NCBI GenBank assembly: GCA_009693245.1
Contig: SHXO01000001.1
Coordinates: 3,506 to 67,505, forward strand
From: Betaproteobacteria bacterium
Lineage (GTDB): Bacteria > Pseudomonadota > Gammaproteobacteria > Burkholderiales > SHXO01
Direction: 5' to 3'
Length of the DNA stretch: 64,000 bases
Notes under the pieces: model-generated
What the model was told of the DNA's origin: nothing
The model's input: the letters and a program-made list of their open reading frames with translations, nothing else
Database searches by the model: none
Program-made: the position numbers and the translations under genes
In this document: in pieces, positions 51,234-60,992 of the stretch
How the letters are laid out: each line of letters starts with the position of its first letter
Numbering within the stretch: the first letter of the stretch is position 1

Positions 51234-52746
51234 GGAGGAGCTCCCCAGTTTGCTGCTCAAGATCCCTTAACTGGTCGTACCGCGCCGTGTCCGCACGGGG
51301 CGCTTCAAGCAATTGCAGATCCGTTTGTGCCAGCTCTGGTGTGGGCGGACTTCGCAAGCGGGCCAGCACGTTCTGGATGTGCTCCACGCTGACTTGACCG
51401 CTGGGAGTTACATCCTCCAGGGCAATCGCCACCGCCACCAGCACCGCATCAATACCCGCATGGGGTACCGCAGCCAGCACATCAGCCACCACCCGGTCTC
51501 CACCGGGATAGCGCATCAATGAGCGGCGCAGCTGCAATAGCTCATCGGGCATATCCAGAAACGGTGCCCCGTTTCTCAGCGCTCCGGGCTTGCGCTCCAC
51601 CAACCCAATGTAGTGCTGCCAGTCGTAAGCGGTTTGCCCCTTATTGGTCAATCTGTCATGGCGCGCAACCACCGCATCCCCGACCACCACCACCAACTGC
51701 GTGGGGTACAGCCTTGTGCTCACCCGCTTGCCCGCCCACTCACACGGCACCGAGTAGCGGTTTCTCGCCACCGTCACCAAGCATGTGCTGCTGACTCTTG
51801 AAGATCTTTCTACATAACCGTCAAACGCCTCGGGCATGGCCATCAAATGCTCGCGCTCAATCTCCAACATGTCCGCAATCGTGAACTGCGCATGCTCCGG
51901 GTGCGCCGTCTCAGCCCAGATCGCACGACACCTCTGGGCCAGCCATACATTCAGCTCTACAAAGGAGCCAAAGCGCCTCTCGCGTGCCTCTATCCAAATG
52001 CGTCTGCGCGAGTCCTGCACATTCTTCTCAACCCGACCCTTCTCCCAGCCCGAGGCCACATTACAAAAGTCCGGATCAAACAAATAATGGCTGCACATCG
52101 CCTTAAATCGCGCATTGACGACTCGCCCTTTGCCTTTGAGAACTTCATCCACCGCCGTCTTCATGTTGTCGTAAATGCCGCGGTGCGGCACGCCACCCAG
52201 CGCGGCAAATGACCGGGTGTGTGCATCAAACAGCATCTCGTGGCTTTGCGTGGGATAGGCCACCAGCCAGAAGGCGCGGCTTGCACAAAGCTTCAAGTGC
52301 GCAGCCTGCACCTTGTGAAACACCCCTCCCACCAACATGCCTTCTTCGCTCCAGTCAAACTGAAAGGCCTCGCCGTCCTCAAACACCAAAGGCACGAACG
52401 CTTTGGTGGCTTTGCCCGAATCACTGCGCCAGGCTCGAATGAAGTCCGTGACAGCGCTGTAGCCACACCGATACCCTTGAGCCGTGATTTGTACAAACAG
52501 CGCACGTGCCGTGCGCCTGCCGTCCTTGTGACGATGGGCATCAGCTTTGAGCGCCATCACCAAGGTGGCTTCATATGCACTGAGCTTTGTAGGGTCACTT
52601 CGACGCAAATACTTGGGAGCAACATCCCCCGGCGCCCTTAACCAGCGTTTGACCGTGTTACGTGCCAAACCCGTGCGCTTGGAAATCTCGCTGATCGTTA
52701 ACTTATCGCGCACCTTCATGCGCCTGACCTTGCCTAACATGTCCAT
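51223..52746 (-). CDS. istA: IS21 transposase IstA
   Basis: 507 aa. N-terminal HTH ([19 protein letters not shown]) and a DDE integrase core. Overlaps the istB start. Confidence 0.9.
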   Translation of the reverse strand: MDMLGKVRRMKVRDKLTISEISKRTGLARNTVKRWLRAPGDVAPKYLRRSDPTKLSAYEATLVMALKADAHRHKDGRRTARALFVQITAQGYRCGYSAVTDFIRAWRSDSGKATKAFVPLVFEDGEAFQFDWSEEGMLVGGVFHKVQAAHLKLCASRAFWLVAYPTQSHEMLFDAHTRSFAALGGVPHRGIYDNMKTAVDEVLKGKGRVVNARFKAMCSHYLFDPDFCNVASGWEKGRVEKNVQDSRRRIWIEARERRFGSFVELNVWLAQRCRAIWAETAHPEHAQFTIADMLEIEREHLMAMPEAFDGYVERSSRVSSTCLVTVARNRYSVPCEWAGKRVSTRLYPTQLVVVVGDAVVARHDRLTNKGQTAYDWQHYIGLVERKPGALRNGAPFLDMPDELLQLRRSLMRYPGGDRVVADVLAAVPHAGIDAVLVAVAIALEDVTPSGQVSVEHIQNVLARLRSPPTPELAQTDLQLLEAPRADTARYDQLRDLEQQTGELLHGR

Positions 52747-52857
52747 GGTGATAATCTCCTTGTCCTGCCTAATAGTTAAGCAGGTGATTGAACACCCTGG
52801 TCAATTTTGAATCGGCACTACCCTCAATAAGTGGTCAGTTTTCGGTCGGCGTCAACA

Positions 52858-53401
52858 CAAGCGCTCAAACTCGATGGCCTGTCAGCCGACTGTGGTATCT
52901 CCCATGGCACGGCGCGGGCTTGGCTAAGCGTTTTGGAAGCGAGTTACATTGTTTTCCGCCTACTCCCTCACTTCGAGAACTTGGGAAAGCGCTTGGTTAA
53001 ATCGCCCAAACTGTATTTCCACGATACCGGTCTTGCCGCGTTTTTGATGGGCGTGCGAGATCCCCGTCACATGGCCATACACCCCGCTCGGCCCGCATTG
53101 TTCGAGACTTTTGTCGTTGGAGAATTTTTTAAGCAGCGCTTCAACGCCGGCGAGCGGCCAAACTTGTTCTACTGGCGTGATAATACCGGCACCGAGGTCG
53201 ATGTCCTGGTTGACCAGGGGCAAGAGTTGTTTCCCATCGAGATCAAATCCGGGCAGACATTTCAGGACGAATTTCTCAAGAACCTGCGGCTCTTCCGCAA
53301 GTACGCGGGGCCGCGAGCGCCGGGTGCGGGACTGGTGTACGGGGGGCGGCGAGAGCTATGCGCGCTCCGGTGTAACGGTGCGGTCGTGGCGAGATATTTG
53401 A
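52858..53401 (+). pseudogene. 3' fragment of an AAA+ ATPase / DUF4143 gene, 5'-truncated at the IS21 end and also frameshifted
   Basis: QALKLDGLSADCGISHGTARAWLSVLEASYIVFRLLPHFENLGKRLVKSPKLYFHDTGL...FYWRDNTGTEVDVL...FPIEIKSGQT is the DUF4143 C-terminal half. The AAA domain is absent. The tail GGGESYARSGVTVRSWRDI* is in another frame after the G6 run 53341-53346. Confidence 0.7.
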
Positions 53402-53459
53402 CCCGTACTGGCCGCGCCGCGATAATCCATCAGGATATCCACGCCACTCCTGGAATCCG

Positions 53460-54455
53460 ATGCGGTTGTCCCCATGGTCTTCCTTCTCGGTTTACTACCT
53501 GCTCCCGTTCATTTCGATGCTGGTTAGCTTCGTGGTCCTGCGGCTGTTACTGTCGCCGCGGGCGCCGCTGCGTTTTCTCGACCACCCCAACGAACGTTCG
53601 CTGCATAGCGGTCCCGTGCCGCGAACCGGGGGAATCGCCGTTGTGCTCGGGATTCTCGCCGGTACTATTTGGATCGCGGGATATGGCTTGCCGCTCGCGG
53701 GCGCGCTCGCGCTCGCGGGTATCTCCCTGATCGATGACTGGAGGGGGCTGCCGCAGGTTATTCGATTGGCCTCGCATCTGGCCGTGGCTGCTGCCTTCGT
53801 GGTCTTCCTGGCGCCTGGCATGAGTCTTCTCGCTCAATCGCTATTGATTGTCGCGGTAGGCTGGATGACCAATCTGTACAACTTCATGGATGGCTCGGAT
53901 GGTCTCGCGGGTGGCATGGCCATCATGGGGTTTGGCTTCTACACATTCGCCGCCTGGCTTGCTGGCGATAGCGCGATGGCTTGGTTTTGTGCCTGCGTGG
54001 TGGGCGCCTCGGTCCCTTTCCTTCTGTTCAACTTCTCCCCTTCGAAAATTTTTCTGGGCGACGCAGGGGCCATCCCGCTAGGATTTCTGGCGGCAGCTCT
54101 TGGAGTTCTGGGCTGGCAACGCGGGAACTGGAGCCTTTGGTTTCCTCTGCTCGTCTTCTCGCCCTTTATCGCGGATGCCACCGTGACGCTGGGACGCAGA
54201 CTGGTGCGTAAGGAGCGAGTTTGGCAGGCGCACCGGGATCATTACTACCAACGCCTCATTCGCCTCGGATGGAGCCATCGCAAAACCGCGCTTGCCGCTT
54301 ATATTGTGATGCTGGCCGCCGGTTCCCTCGGGCTGCTGGCGCTCGTGGACGCAGCGGGCGCTGTCCCTCCGATAATTGTTGCAGCCATGTATCTATTCCT
54401 TGGCCTCTTGATCGACCGCGCCTGGAGCGGGCGCGCATCCCTGGACCGAGCATGA
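53460..54455 (+). CDS. glycosyltransferase family 4 polyprenyl-phosphate HexNAc-1-phosphate transferase (WbpL/WecA-like)
   Basis: FLDHPNERSLHSGPVPRTGGIAVVLG, NLYNFMDGSDGLAGG, FLGDAGAIPLGF; polytopic. Confidence 0.85.
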   Translation: MRLSPWSSFSVYYLLPFISMLVSFVVLRLLLSPRAPLRFLDHPNERSLHSGPVPRTGGIAVVLGILAGTIWIAGYGLPLAGALALAGISLIDDWRGLPQVIRLASHLAVAAAFVVFLAPGMSLLAQSLLIVAVGWMTNLYNFMDGSDGLAGGMAIMGFGFYTFAAWLAGDSAMAWFCACVVGASVPFLLFNFSPSKIFLGDAGAIPLGFLAAALGVLGWQRGNWSLWFPLLVFSPFIADATVTLGRRLVRKERVWQAHRDHYYQRLIRLGWSHRKTALAAYIVMLAAGSLGLLALVDAAGAVPPIIVAAMYLFLGLLIDRAWSGRASLDRA

Positions 54456-56332
54456 GCACGCGGCCGTATTTGAATCCCAACTGGCGTAACGCCGTGGCAC
54501 TTGGGCATGACCTTGCCGCCGCCGCGGTGAGCTGGGTGCTGGGGTTTTTGGTACGGTTTAATTTTGACCTGCCCGCCGAGTTTGCCCACACCATGTGGCG
54601 AGACTTGGTTTGGCTGGTTCCCGCGCAGGGGGCGATTTTTCTCGTGGCGGGCATGTACCGCGGCCTGTGGCGCTACGCGAGCCTCGCGGACCTACGCCGG
54701 ATTATTCTATCCGCCGGCTTTGGCATGGTCGCGTTGATCGCGGCCGTGGTCATGTTTCGGCTCCCGAACGTTCCGCGCTCGGTCATCATCATGTACCCTC
54801 TACTTTTGAGTCTGATCATGGGCGGCAGCCGGATGCTCTACCGTACCCTCAAGGAAGGCCGCGTGTTGGGGCCGGTGTTTTCCGATGCCAAGCCCGTACT
54901 CGTGGTCGGTGCGGAGGATGGCGCGGAGCGCTTGCTGCGCGAACTGCGCTTTAACCGGGAATGGCGGGCCGTGGGCGTTCTCGACGATGACCCCAGAAAA
55001 CAAGGCCGCCTCATCCATGGGGTGCGCGTGCTGGGAGGGACGGACCTGGTCCACGAAGCCGCGCAAGACCTAGGCGTGAGCCACGTCATTTTCGCCATGC
55101 CATCGGTGGCCCACACCGTTCGGCGCAAGGTCATCGATCGCTGCACGCAAGCGGGCCTGAGTGTTTTGACGGTGCCCTCGGTGGATGAGTTGGTTTCCGG
55201 AAAAGTTACCTTATCCCAAATCCGCCAAGTGGATCTGGACGATCTGCTGGGACGCGATCCCGTGGTATTGGACAACGAGAAGTTGCAACCGCTGCTCGGC
55301 GGCCGGGCTGTGCTCGTTACCGGCGCGGGTGGTTCCATCGGCAGCGAGCTATGCCGCCAGATCGTGCGCTTTCAGCCGCGAAAACTGATCCTCCTGGAGC
55401 TTTCCGAGTTCGCGCTGTATTCCATCGAACAGGAGTTCCAGCACCGTTTCCCAGACATCGCGCTGGTGTGTGCCGTGGGAGACGCCAAGGATGCCGGGCT
55501 CGTGGCCCAGGTTCTTCGCGAACACCAACCCCAGGTCGTATTTCACGCGGCAGCTTACAAACATGTGCCGCTCATGGAAGAACACAATGCATGGCAAGCG
55601 GTGCGCAACAACGTGTTGTCCACCTGGACACTGGCCAGTGCGGCAAAGCGTCACGGCGTGGAGAAATTCGTGCTGGTTTCCACCGACAAGGCAGTGAATC
55701 CCACCAACGTGATGGGAGCGAGCAAACGCTTGGCGGAGATGGTATGCCAAGCGTTGCAAGAAGAGGCGGGCACCAAATTCGTCATGGTGCGCTTTGGCAA
55801 TGTCCTCGGCAGTACGGGGAGCGTGATTCCGAAGTTCCGCGAGCAAATAGCGCGCGGCGGGCCGGTCACGGTGACCCATCCCGAGGTGACCCGTTACTTC
55901 ATGTCCATTCCCGAAGCCGCACAGTTAGTATTGCAGGCAGGCGCGATGGGAGCGGGAGGGGAGATCTTCGTGCTCGACATGGGCGATCCCGTGAAGATCG
56001 CGGATCTGGCGCGCGACATGATTCGATTGTCCGGCATGCAAGAGGACGAGATTTCCATCGTGTTCACGGGCCTTCGTCCCGGCGAAAAACTCTACGAAGA
56101 GCTGCTCGCGGATGAAGAACGCTCGCTCCCCACGCCTCATCCGAAGTTGCGTATCGCCCGCGCCCGGCTCGTGCCGCCCAAAACCTTGGCGGATATTCAC
56201 CAATGGCTGATGACCGAATTGCCGGTGACCGACGGGGAAGTTCGCGAAACTTTGCGGCACTTCATCCCCGAATACATCAGCGCGAGCGATTCGCCAGCCG
56301 AGGTCGCACGGCGTGCAGTGGCCGGTGGTTAA
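54452..56332 (+). CDS. membrane-anchored nucleotide-sugar 4,6-dehydratase/epimerase (CapD/WbpM/PglF family)
   Basis: ATG 54452 forms an ATGA overlap. N-terminal TM helices, then VLVTGAGGSIGSEL, AAYKHVPLME, STDKAVNPTNVMGASKRLAE. Confidence 0.88.
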   Translation: MSTRPYLNPNWRNAVALGHDLAAAAVSWVLGFLVRFNFDLPAEFAHTMWRDLVWLVPAQGAIFLVAGMYRGLWRYASLADLRRIILSAGFGMVALIAAVVMFRLPNVPRSVIIMYPLLLSLIMGGSRMLYRTLKEGRVLGPVFSDAKPVLVVGAEDGAERLLRELRFNREWRAVGVLDDDPRKQGRLIHGVRVLGGTDLVHEAAQDLGVSHVIFAMPSVAHTVRRKVIDRCTQAGLSVLTVPSVDELVSGKVTLSQIRQVDLDDLLGRDPVVLDNEKLQPLLGGRAVLVTGAGGSIGSELCRQIVRFQPRKLILLELSEFALYSIEQEFQHRFPDIALVCAVGDAKDAGLVAQVLREHQPQVVFHAAAYKHVPLMEEHNAWQAVRNNVLSTWTLASAAKRHGVEKFVLVSTDKAVNPTNVMGASKRLAEMVCQALQEEAGTKFVMVRFGNVLGSTGSVIPKFREQIARGGPVTVTHPEVTRYFMSIPEAAQLVLQAGAMGAGGEIFVLDMGDPVKIADLARDMIRLSGMQEDEISIVFTGLRPGEKLYEELLADEERSLPTPHPKLRIARARLVPPKTLADIHQWLMTELPVTDGEVRETLRHFIPEYISASDSPAEVARRAVAGG

Positions 56333-57641
56333 TGCGGTGGTTTCACCGCCGGAAGTCAAGCCGGTAAATCTGGCCGAGCTTAGGTTTGGCGTGCGGCACG
56401 AAACGGTGATCGCCGCGATCCTCTTTGCCTATCCCGTTGCGTTGCTCATTTGGCGTGGCGCCAGCAATATCCTGTTCGCGGTGCTCGTGCTCTATTCCTT
56501 AGTCCTGCTCTATGACGGAAGACGCCAATCGCAACCATGGGACCGGGATACTTCATGGTTTGCCCTGGCGATGGCCTTACCTACTGCCGCGGTCGTTTTC
56601 AGCCAGTGGTCGCACATGGCGTTCAGTATCAAGCCTTACGACAGCGCTTTGACCACGTTGCTTTGCATTCCGGTTTATCTGATGCTCAGGCGAATCGATC
56701 CCGGGAAAATCTGCGTGCTTCAATACGCCGTTCCCGCCGGAGCCATCGCGGCATGCGCCTACTTGGCGTTGTTCGGAATTTACGTGACGGGCAGATTAAG
56801 TTCGTCATTCCTTAATTCCATCCACCTCGGCGATCTTGCGCTCGCGATGGGAGTTTTAAGCTTACTGAGCGTGAATTTGACTCGCACGGATGGTGCGGGG
56901 GTCGCGGCGCTCAAATTGGCCGGATTTCTCGCGGGGGCCTACCTATCGCTACGCTCGGAGTCAAGAGGAGGATGGATCGCGCTCCCCGTGATCGCCATGG
57001 TGTGGGTGTCGTACTCCCGGTTCAAGTTTAAGGCTGTGGCTATTGCGCTCGCAGTGCCGGTGATTGCGAGCCTGTGCATGGCGTCTTATCTGTGGATCGA
57101 TATCGTTCATCAACGGACCGATGCTGTCTTCGCGGACCTATCGAGCTATCACATGGGGAATAAGGACACCTCGGTTGGCTTGCGTTTGCAAATATGGAAA
57201 GCGGCCTTCCACTTAATCGGGGAGAACCCTTGGTTCGGCGTTGGACCCGGCGGGTTTGCGCGCTGGATGGCTCCGGTGGTTTCCTCGGGGCTGATCACGC
57301 CAGAGGCCGGGAATTTGGGACGCGCCGAAGTTCATAACGAAATCCTGTTGCGTACCGTCAATATGGGAGTATTCGGTTTGATCTCCATCCTGGCCCTCTA
57401 TACGGTGCCGGCACTTATCCTCATGCGCGCGCGCAACTCGCCGTCGCCGGTGGCGCGCGCGGCGGGTCTCATGGGCTTATGCCATCTGGTATGTTTCATC
57501 ACCTTTGGGTTGACCGCCGAGATTCTCAACTTGAAGATGACATTGGTGTTCTTTTGTTTGATCCTCACCGTATTGCTCGCGCTTGCGACCAATTTTCATC
57601 TCACCAGCCATGCGGGCGCAAGCCAGGTGCCAGATGTTTAG
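56313..57641 (+). CDS. O-antigen ligase / polymerase family membrane protein (Wzy_C domain)
   Basis: About 10 TM helices and a periplasmic loop with SESRGGWIA...HNEILLRTVNMGVFGL. The start is uncertain (ATG 56313 overlaps the upstream gene by 20 nt). Confidence 0.7.
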   Translation: MQWPVVNAVVSPPEVKPVNLAELRFGVRHETVIAAILFAYPVALLIWRGASNILFAVLVLYSLVLLYDGRRQSQPWDRDTSWFALAMALPTAAVVFSQWSHMAFSIKPYDSALTTLLCIPVYLMLRRIDPGKICVLQYAVPAGAIAACAYLALFGIYVTGRLSSSFLNSIHLGDLALAMGVLSLLSVNLTRTDGAGVAALKLAGFLAGAYLSLRSESRGGWIALPVIAMVWVSYSRFKFKAVAIALAVPVIASLCMASYLWIDIVHQRTDAVFADLSSYHMGNKDTSVGLRLQIWKAAFHLIGENPWFGVGPGGFARWMAPVVSSGLITPEAGNLGRAEVHNEILLRTVNMGVFGLISILALYTVPALILMRARNSPSPVARAAGLMGLCHLVCFITFGLTAEILNLKMTLVFFCLILTVLLALATNFHLTSHAGASQVPDV

Positions 57642-58539
57642 TATCGTCATCCCTACCTGGAATAGCCTCGGTCACCTGGCCTTGTGCATAGCCAGTATCG
57701 AGAAGCACTCGCGCTACGACCATGAGATTCTTGTCCACGTTAACGAGGGTTCCGATGGAACGGTGGCTTGGTTGAAAGCCCAAGGCATTCGGTATAGCCA
57801 TTCGCCTCGAAACATCGGCGTGTGCATTGCAGTCAATCACTTGTTTGGCCAAGCCAGCAAGGAATGGGTCCTCTACCTGAACGACGACATGGTAGTGTGT
57901 CCCCATTGGGACGAGGCCTTTGTACGCGCGATCGAGACGGCACCTTCCCCGCTCGCGTTTTACTCGGGAACCATGATCGAATCCCGCGCCTCGATTTTGC
58001 CGCACGTGATCGCCGGGCACTACGGCGCGACGCCCGCTGAGTTTTCCGAGGAAAAACTCTTGGCGGAATACATGCAAGTGCCCGCGCGAGATATCTCCGG
58101 TTTTGCATCCCAACCCACCCTCATCCGGCGTGAACTCTGGCATCAAGCCGGCGGATACAGCATCGAGTATGGGCCCGGAATGAGCGGCGATGATGATTTG
58201 CTCATGAAGCTCTGGACGATGGGTTGCCGGACTTTCAAGATCATCGGCGCGAGCCGTTTCTATCACTTCTCCTCGCGCAGCACGAACCGCGTGCGAAAAA
58301 ACAAGGGCGGGCGCACTTTCGTCATGAAATGGGGCATCACGCAGCAAGAGTTTCATGAGAACTACTTGAACTTGCTACAGGCGGACTCCACGTTCGGGGC
58401 GCTTGGCGATTTTCCGCGCCCGACGCTGAAGGGGCGGTTAAAGCGAATCGGTTATGGATTAAGTGGCAACTATCCGCTAGGTGATTTGCAAGCGTGGGAT
58501 CCCATGCCATTGGCGGATAAGGACGTAGCCAGCCGCTGA
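57634..58539 (+). CDS. glycosyltransferase family 2
   Basis: From ATG 57634: MFSIVIPTWNSLGHLALCIASI...ILVHVNEGSDGT...LNDDMVV (DxD). Confidence 0.8.
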   Translation: MFSIVIPTWNSLGHLALCIASIEKHSRYDHEILVHVNEGSDGTVAWLKAQGIRYSHSPRNIGVCIAVNHLFGQASKEWVLYLNDDMVVCPHWDEAFVRAIETAPSPLAFYSGTMIESRASILPHVIAGHYGATPAEFSEEKLLAEYMQVPARDISGFASQPTLIRRELWHQAGGYSIEYGPGMSGDDDLLMKLWTMGCRTFKIIGASRFYHFSSRSTNRVRKNKGGRTFVMKWGITQQEFHENYLNLLQADSTFGALGDFPRPTLKGRLKRIGYGLSGNYPLGDLQAWDPMPLADKDVASR

Positions 58540-58541
58540 CA

Positions 58542-59495
58542 ATGGAATCCCCGTTTAGCGTTGTGGTGGTGAACTTCAACGGCGGCAGCATGCTTGTCGC
58601 GTGCGTGGAGTCCGTGCTTGGAGCGAAGATCGCCGCGCAACGGGTCGTGCTGGTCGATAACGGAAGTCAAGATGCCTCGGTTGGCCAGCTAACGGCTCGG
58701 TATCCGTACGTGCAAGTGATCCGCAATGACTGCAACGCAGGGTTCGCGCGCGCGGCCAATCAGGGGTTGGCCCTGGTGCAAACGCCCTTCGCGATCCTGC
58801 TCAACAACGACGCCATGCTTACGGGCGCCGCGATCACGGCTCTGGAAGCGGCGTTCGGTGAGGATCCTCTTCTTGCCATCGCTGGCGGTGCGCTCTTCTA
58901 TCCTGATGGCCGGCCCCAGCGTTCGGAGGCCGCCTTGCCGCGCTGGGCCATGGAGATACTGCCAAGGCCATTGCGCTCAAGTTCCGCGAGTGGCGTAACT
59001 TTCGGAATGAAAGACAGCACCTGGTGCCGCTATGCCGAGAGCACCATCGGAGCGATGTTCGCGCTAAGGCTTTCCGCCTTTCACGACCTGGGCGGATTCG
59101 ACGAAGACTATTTTTTTTTCCTAGAAGAAACGGATTTATGCAAGCGCGCCTGGAGCAAAGGTTTCCATATCGCCATGGTGGACGCCGCGCAAATTGTCCA
59201 TCGCCAGGGGGCCACGGCTAAACGGTACGCGGCGGCGCGCATCGAATACCAACGCTCGAAATTGATCTACTTTCGCAAGCACGCAGGGCTCGCTGCCTAC
59301 TATTCCTTGTGTGTTCTTTTCCCGCTCAAGGCGCTCATAAGAAGCGTTGGGGCGGCGGCCGCGTGCGCGGCAAGCTTGGCGCTTTCTTCCAACGCCAGGC
59401 TAAAACTCAAGCATGAGTTGCGTGTCCTGCTTTGGTACGCTCTGGGCCGGCCCGAGAGCTGGGGTTTGCCGGGAAAATGCGCGCGCAACCGGTGA
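58542..59495 (+). CDS. glycosyltransferase family 2 (rhamnosyltransferase-like)
   Basis: FSVVVVNFNGGSMLVACVES...VLVDNGSQDAS...LLNNDA...DEDYFFFLEETDLCKRAW. Contains a T9 tract at 59111-59119. Confidence 0.8.
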   Translation: MESPFSVVVVNFNGGSMLVACVESVLGAKIAAQRVVLVDNGSQDASVGQLTARYPYVQVIRNDCNAGFARAANQGLALVQTPFAILLNNDAMLTGAAITALEAAFGEDPLLAIAGGALFYPDGRPQRSEAALPRWAMEILPRPLRSSSASGVTFGMKDSTWCRYAESTIGAMFALRLSAFHDLGGFDEDYFFFLEETDLCKRAWSKGFHIAMVDAAQIVHRQGATAKRYAAARIEYQRSKLIYFRKHAGLAAYYSLCVLFPLKALIRSVGAAAACAASLALSSNARLKLKHELRVLLWYALGRPESWGLPGKCARNR

Positions 59496-60601
59496 CGAGT
59501 CCGAACATTCCAGTGACGGGCCAAATCTCCTCTGCCCTGCTCGTGGTGCCGCAGCGCATCGGGGACGTTCTTCTTGCCACGCCCATCATCGCTTCGCTCA
59601 AACGTTCCTCGCCCGGCATCCTGACCGATGTGCTGGTGTTCTCGGGCACCGAGGGAATCCTCGCGGGTAATGCGGACGTGCGCAATATCATCGTTGTGTC
59701 GCAAAGAGAGAGCCTTGCCCAAAAGCTCGCCATGTTTCGCAAGCTGTGGCGTAGGTACGACCTTGCGATCACCGTCTTGTGCGGAGACCGCCCGCTCCTC
59801 TACACCTGGGCCGCGGGCCGCTACCGTGTGGGGCCGGTGCAATCTGGCGTATCTGCCCACGCTTGGAAGCGCTTCATGCTTTCCCGGCACGTCGTCTTCG
59901 ATGACCGCCAGACGCACACCGTGCGCATGGGTTTGCGGATTGCGCAACTGGCGGGGATAGTGCCCGTCGCCCAAGTGCAAGCGTGCTGGGGCGACGAACA
60001 AGAGCGCACGGCGCTTCGTCTTTGTGATGAAGTACTGAACAACCGTCCCTTCGCGGTGTTGCATCCAACGCCCAAGTTTCTCTACAAAAGGTGGCACGCC
60101 GCGGGCTGGCGCGAACTTGCGGATTGGTTATTGGGGAAAGGCATGCAGGTGGTTCTCACCGGCGGAAACGAAGAACAAGAGCGCCGCCACGCGCGCGAAA
60201 TCTTCGAGGAGATGCCCGCTGGAGTGCACGATCTCATCGGGCGGTACAGCCTGGGCGAGATCGCGGCGTTGCTCTCTCGCGCCCGGGTGTACATCGGTCC
60301 GGATACCGTGACCACCCATTTGGCCGCCGCTTTGGGTATCCCCACGGTGGCTTTGTTTGGGCCGTCCAATCCGGTGAAGTGGGGGCCATGGCCCAAGGAT
60401 CACGACGCCGCGCGCAACCCTTACACGGTGAAGGGCACGCAGCGCGCCGGCAATGTGGTTCTCGTGCAAGGCGAAGGCTCCTGCGTACCGTGTTCTCTGG
60501 AGGGCTGTGACCGCCATACAGAGAGCTACAGCCAGTGCTTGCAAACTATGCCAGCTAAAAAGGTTCGTGTCGCTGTCGAAACCCTGATTGGCCAGCTGTA
60601 A
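59477..60601 (+). CDS. glycosyltransferase family 9 (LPS heptosyltransferase-like)
   Basis: From ATG 59477: ALLVVPQRIGDVLLATPIIASLK, and the C-terminal GPDTVTTHLAAALGIPTVALFGPSNP. Confidence 0.8.
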   Translation: MRAQPVTSPNIPVTGQISSALLVVPQRIGDVLLATPIIASLKRSSPGILTDVLVFSGTEGILAGNADVRNIIVVSQRESLAQKLAMFRKLWRRYDLAITVLCGDRPLLYTWAAGRYRVGPVQSGVSAHAWKRFMLSRHVVFDDRQTHTVRMGLRIAQLAGIVPVAQVQACWGDEQERTALRLCDEVLNNRPFAVLHPTPKFLYKRWHAAGWRELADWLLGKGMQVVLTGGNEEQERRHAREIFEEMPAGVHDLIGRYSLGEIAALLSRARVYIGPDTVTTHLAAALGIPTVALFGPSNPVKWGPWPKDHDAARNPYTVKGTQRAGNVVLVQGEGSCVPCSLEGCDRHTESYSQCLQTMPAKKVRVAVETLIGQL

Positions 60602-60611
60602 TGGGCGTGCT

Positions 60612-60992
60612 CTACAGCGGCGCGTAGATTTCGATCTCCAGCCTGCGCCGGTGGTTGCGGTACTTTCCAAGGGAAGCGATGCGCGCTTCGAGGCGGTTGC
60701 CGCGATCCAATTGGCGGGCCACGAAACCATTCTCCGTTTTGGGCAGATAGCCGAGAGTCTTGTCTTTCCAATCCACTCGCACGGCGTTGCTGTCGTGAGG
60801 ATTACCGGCTTCGCGCACCAAGCTTAGCGGGTCGCCCGCTTTCAGGTCATCCCAAACCGCCTTCGCATCGTGATGCCTCAGTCCCGCGGTGAGTACGCTT
60901 TGCAACAAGATGCGGGCGTTGGCCTTGTCTTGCGCGTTGGCCGGAGTGGCGAGAACGCACAACAACAAAACGAGCGTTCGAATCGTTCTCAT
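60612..60992 (-). CDS. HIRAN domain-containing protein with a signal peptide
   Basis: MRTIRTLVLLLCVLATPANA-QD signal. HIRAN core GDPLSLVREAGNPHDSNAVRVDWKDKTLGYLPK. ATGA overlap with hemJ. Confidence 0.7.
   Translation of the reverse strand: MRTIRTLVLLLCVLATPANAQDKANARILLQSVLTAGLRHHDAKAVWDDLKAGDPLSLVREAGNPHDSNAVRVDWKDKTLGYLPKTENGFVARQLDRGNRLEARIASLGKYRNHRRRLEIEIYAPL

Larger units (their letters stand above)
50241..52857 (-). mobile_element. IS21-family insertion sequence (istA-istB) with multiple terminal repeats
   Basis: Terminal 27-mers TGTTGGCGCCGATTGAATTTTGACCAC (50241-50267) and the reverse complement of 52831-52857, TGTTGACGCCGACCGAAAACTGACCAC, match at 21/27. Inner repeats 50270-50293 and 52795-52818 match at 21/24. 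The element encloses istA and istB. No flanking direct repeat. Confidence 0.85.

Noticed and set aside
53402-53730. The 3' third of ORF 52831..53730, which runs into the wbpL-like gene.
   Set aside because: It is a read-through of the frameshifted DUF4143 fragment into the next gene region. Its product is Cys/Arg-rich with no family similarity. The family-like C-terminus ends at 53401 in another frame.
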